64,000 bases of DNA from an uncultured Flavobacteriales bacterium. Its GTDB lineage: Bacteria > Bacteroidota > Bacteroidia > Flavobacteriales_D > Crocinitomicaceae. The notes under the pieces were generated by a model, which had not been told where the DNA came from, made no database searches, and was given only the letters and a program-made list of their open reading frames with translations. Location of the stretch: assembly GCA_963926475.1 (NCBI GenBank), contig CAWUXE010000001.1:24820-88819 (forward strand), given 5' to 3'. Of the stretch, positions 61,468 through 64,000 are shown piece after piece. Each line of letters opens with the position of its first letter. Positions within the stretch are counted from its first letter, which is position 1. The translations under genes were made by a program, and so were the position numbers.

Positions 61468-62825
61468 TTTGCCAATAATTCGTTTTGAGATAAACCAGTT
61501 TGTTCACCCGATTCCATATTTTTCAATTGAATGTTTCCACTCGTCATTTCATTGTCACCAACTATAGCTACAAAAGGAATGTTTTTATCATTCGCATACT
61601 TCATTTGCTTTTGCATTTTCGCTGAACTAGGATATATTTCGCAAGCGACTCCATTATCACGCAGTTTCTTTAGAATGGGAAGACAGAAATCTTGTTCTTT
61701 CTCGCCGAAATTCACGAACATCACATCCAAGGTTTGACCAATATTTTTAGGGAATAGATCGAGTTCGTTCAACACGTCATAGATACGATCAGCGCCAAAC
61801 GAAATTCCAACGCCTGACATTCCTTTCATTCCGAAAAGTCCTGTCAAATCATCATAACGTCCACCGCCACATATACTTCCCATTTTTATTCCATTGGCAA
61901 CAACTTCGAAAATTGCACCTGTGTAATAGTTTAATCCTCGGGCAAGTGTCACATCAAATTCTAATTTCGCTTCTGACAATCCAAGCATTTCGACTTTATC
62001 AAGTACATAGCGTAGTTCTTCGATTCCTTTCAAACCAATTTCACTTTTGGCGAGCATGATTTCCATTTTCTTCAAACAGTCTTCGTTAGTTCCGTTTAAA
62101 GTAAACAAAGGTTTAATGATTTCAATGGCCAGACCAGAAACTCCTTTTTCAGTCAATTCTTTGATCACTCCTTCTTCGCCGACTTTGTCGAGTTTATCAA
62201 TTGCGACAGTAATATCAATAATTTTTTCAGCTTCACCACTTATTTCAGCGATACCAGATAATATTTTTCGGTTATTGATTTTAACTGAGAAATTTGGAAT
62301 TTTCAATTTAGAAAGTACCTCATCAAAAATGAAAATTAAATCTACTTCGTGCAACAAAGAATCACTTCCAACGACATCTGCATCGCACTGAAAAAACTCT
62401 TGGTAACGACCATGTTGCGGACGATCGGCTCTCCATACCGGTTGAATTTGATACCGTTTAAATGGAAAAGTTAAATCGTTCTGATTCTGTACAACAAATC
62501 GTGCAAATGGGACTGTTAAGTCATAACGCAAGGCTTTTTCAGCCAATGAATTGGCAAATCTTGGAAGGTTTTTACTCGCCAATGCCTCAGTATCTGCTTT
62601 CAGCATTTTATCGCCTAAATTCAAAATCCGAAATATCAACCGATCTCCTTCTTCGCCATATTTCCCCATTAAGGTAGACGAAAGCTCAAAACTAGGTGTT
62701 TCGATTGGACCAAATCCATACTTTTTGAAAACCGTTTTTATTGTTTCAAATAGATAATTTCTACGTTCAACTTGTTCTGGTAAAAAATCCCGTGTTCCCT
62801 TTGGAATAGATGGTTTTTGCGCCAT
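61455..62825 (-). CDS. hisS: Histidine--tRNA ligase
   Basis: PKGTRDFLP, class II motifs (FRYERPQ-like [25 protein letters not shown]). Confidence 0.95.
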   Translation of the reverse strand: MAQKPSIPKGTRDFLPEQVERRNYLFETIKTVFKKYGFGPIETPSFELSSTLMGKYGEEGDRLIFRILNLGDKMLKADTEALASKNLPRFANSLAEKALRYDLTVPFARFVVQNQNDLTFPFKRYQIQPVWRADRPQHGRYQEFFQCDADVVGSDSLLHEVDLIFIFDEVLSKLKIPNFSVKINNRKILSGIAEISGEAEKIIDITVAIDKLDKVGEEGVIKELTEKGVSGLAIEIIKPLFTLNGTNEDCLKKMEIMLAKSEIGLKGIEELRYVLDKVEMLGLSEAKLEFDVTLARGLNYYTGAIFEVVANGIKMGSICGGGRYDDLTGLFGMKGMSGVGISFGADRIYDVLNELDLFPKNIGQTLDVMFVNFGEKEQDFCLPILKKLRDNGVACEIYPSSAKMQKQMKYANDKNIPFVAIVGDNEMTSGNIQLKNMESGEQTGLSQNELLAKWAK

Positions 62826-62858
62826 TTTTTAATTTTTGGATAAAGATAATAAAATTGA

Positions 62859-62889
62859 CAATGGTCAATGGTCAATGGTCAATGGTCAA
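62859..62889. repeat. Heptanucleotide tandem repeat (CAATGGT) x4 plus partial copy
   Basis: Read directly: caatggt caatggt caatggt caatggt caa. Lies 34 nt upstream of the hisS start and 7 nt downstream of the helicase stop. Confidence 0.95.
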
Positions 62890-62895
62890 AAAAAA

Positions 62896-64000
62896 TTACC
62901 ATTCCTCCTCTGTTCCTGAAAACTTATTGTCGTCGTCGAGTAAAGATTTCCAATCGTATGTTGGGTCTTCAGAATCGAAAACGATTGCTTTGTAATCGCT
63001 TTTGTCTATTTCGTGACGTGTGATTTGTTCGCCTGTATATTCTTCAATCAGCGTCAAGAATTCAATTTCTCCTTCGGAACAAAATGACATGGCTTGTCCA
63101 CGATTTGTTCCTCGTCCGCATCGCCCGCAACGGTGAACATATAACTCTGGATCTTCCGGTAAATCGTAATTGATAACATATTTTACCGATGGGATATCGA
63201 TTCCTCTTGCGGCAACATCTGTGGTCACCAGCACGCGAAAATCTTCTTTACGAAAACTATCCAAAAGCTTGAAACGATCAGCTTGCTCCATTCCACCGTG
63301 AAAAAATTGCGTTTTCACACCTACTCGTTCCATGGCAGCAACAACTCTTTCGGCTCTAACCTTAGTTCGAACAAAAACGATAAACATATCTTCTTCATAT
63401 TCTCGAAGAATATTTTCAAGAAAGAATCGCTTGTCGTCCATTTCGATGAAAGTCACAGCATGGTCTACATTTCGAGCCACGGGATTTTTAGGAGAAATTT
63501 GAATACGAATCGCATCTCGAACCACTGAATATGCCAAAGACTTGATTTTTTTGTCGATTGTCGCTGTGAAAAATAAAGTTTGTCTGTGCTTCGGAATTTT
63601 TTTTACGATGTCTTGAATGTCTTTCAAAAATCCCATGTCCAGCATCAAATCTGCTTCGTCCAGAATTAAGACTTCCACTCCGCTCACATCAATAAATCCT
63701 TGAGAAATAAGATCGAACATTCGTCCTGGCGTAGCCACGAGAACATCCACTCTTTTTTCAAGTCGTTTAATTTGTTGTTCTTGCTCAACACCGCCGTACA
63801 AGCCCATTGTTTTGACACTTGTGTCTTTCCCAATTTCTTTGAAAACAGTCGTGATTTGTTGCGCTAACTCTCTCGTTGGCACCATGACCAATGCTCGAAT
63901 TCCAGTATAGTTTTTTCGTCCAAACTTTTCAAGCTTGTCCAATACTGGAATCACAAAAGCGCCTGTTTTTCCCGTTCCGGTTTGAGCAATCGCCATCACA
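62896..64000 (-). CDS. DEAD-box ATP-dependent RNA helicase (N-terminus beyond window edge)
   Basis: AQTGTGKT (Walker A), DEAD (ILDEADLML), TAT-like FTAT, HRCGRCGRG motifs. Confidence 0.9.
   Translation of the reverse strand, partial: VMAIAQTGTGKTGAFVIPVLDKLEKFGRKNYTGIRALVMVPTRELAQQITTVFKEIGKDTSVKTMGLYGGVEQEQQIKRLEKRVDVLVATPGRMFDLISQGFIDVSGVEVLILDEADLMLDMGFLKDIQDIVKKIPKHRQTLFFTATIDKKIKSLAYSVVRDAIRIQISPKNPVARNVDHAVTFIEMDDKRFFLENILREYEEDMFIVFVRTKVRAERVVAAMERVGVKTQFFHGGMEQADRFKLLDSFRKEDFRVLVTTDVAARGIDIPSVKYVINYDLPEDPELYVHRCGRCGRGTNRGQAMSFCSEGEIEFLTLIEEYTGEQITRHEIDKSDYKAIVFDSEDPTYDWKSLLDDDNKFSGTEEEW

Noticed and set aside
62859-62889. Heptamer repeat as a CRISPR array
   Set aside because: The units are 7 bp and directly abutting, with no spacers, and no cas genes are present. 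It is a simple tandem repeat.

Overview
This 64-kb window reads as chromosomal DNA from a Bacteroidota (Flavobacteriia/Cytophagia-like) genome. The evidence is many type IX secretion (T9SS) hallmarks, TAnnTTTG-type -7 promoter boxes and short leaders. I found no rRNA, tRNA, CRISPR array, transposase or integrase by eye.

Housekeeping content:
- A complete thiamine locus in two divergent arms (thiE-thiG-thiH and thiS-thiC-thiE-like-thiD), each behind its own TPP riboswitch.
- nadC, rlmH, rdgB, monomeric icd, frr-pyrH, tsf-rpsB, rpsI-rplM, purS-pssA, psd, hutH, hisS, greA, a HIT protein, sppA, an ABC exporter and a partial DEAD-box helicase.

Accessory and envelope content:
- An M14 carboxypeptidase with a T9SS C-terminal domain.
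- A PorP/SprF gene followed by a multidomain OmpA-like protein.
- A tight three-gene operon: a 1263-aa plug-containing TonB-dependent-receptor-like barrel, a 1417-aa secreted protein with a T9SS-type C-terminal domain, and a PorV-like barrel.
- A second PorV/PorQ-like gene next to a truncated C25/PorU-like remnant.

Most notable observations:
1. A 2.25-kb two-gene cassette (GEVED-domain lipoprotein plus a 520-aa coiled-coil membrane protein) sits in the 5' end of nadC. It is bounded by a perfect 34-bp direct repeat that duplicates the nadC start codon.
2. The TBDR-like / giant CTD protein / PorV-like operon is a candidate uncharacterised outer-membrane module.
3. Several reading frames are broken by in-frame stops or frameshifts. 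These include a PcrB/GGGPS-family gene with TGA at the conserved GGG motif and a PorU-like gene with TAG at a conserved Trp.
4. A small palindromic repeat (TCCCTCC-N4/5-GGAGGGA) occurs three times, twice around thiS-thiC.
5. A (CAATGGT)4 heptamer tandem repeat lies in the hisS promoter region.
6. rpsB carries a roughly 130-aa C-terminal extension.

All family assignments come from motif recognition by eye. No database search was run.
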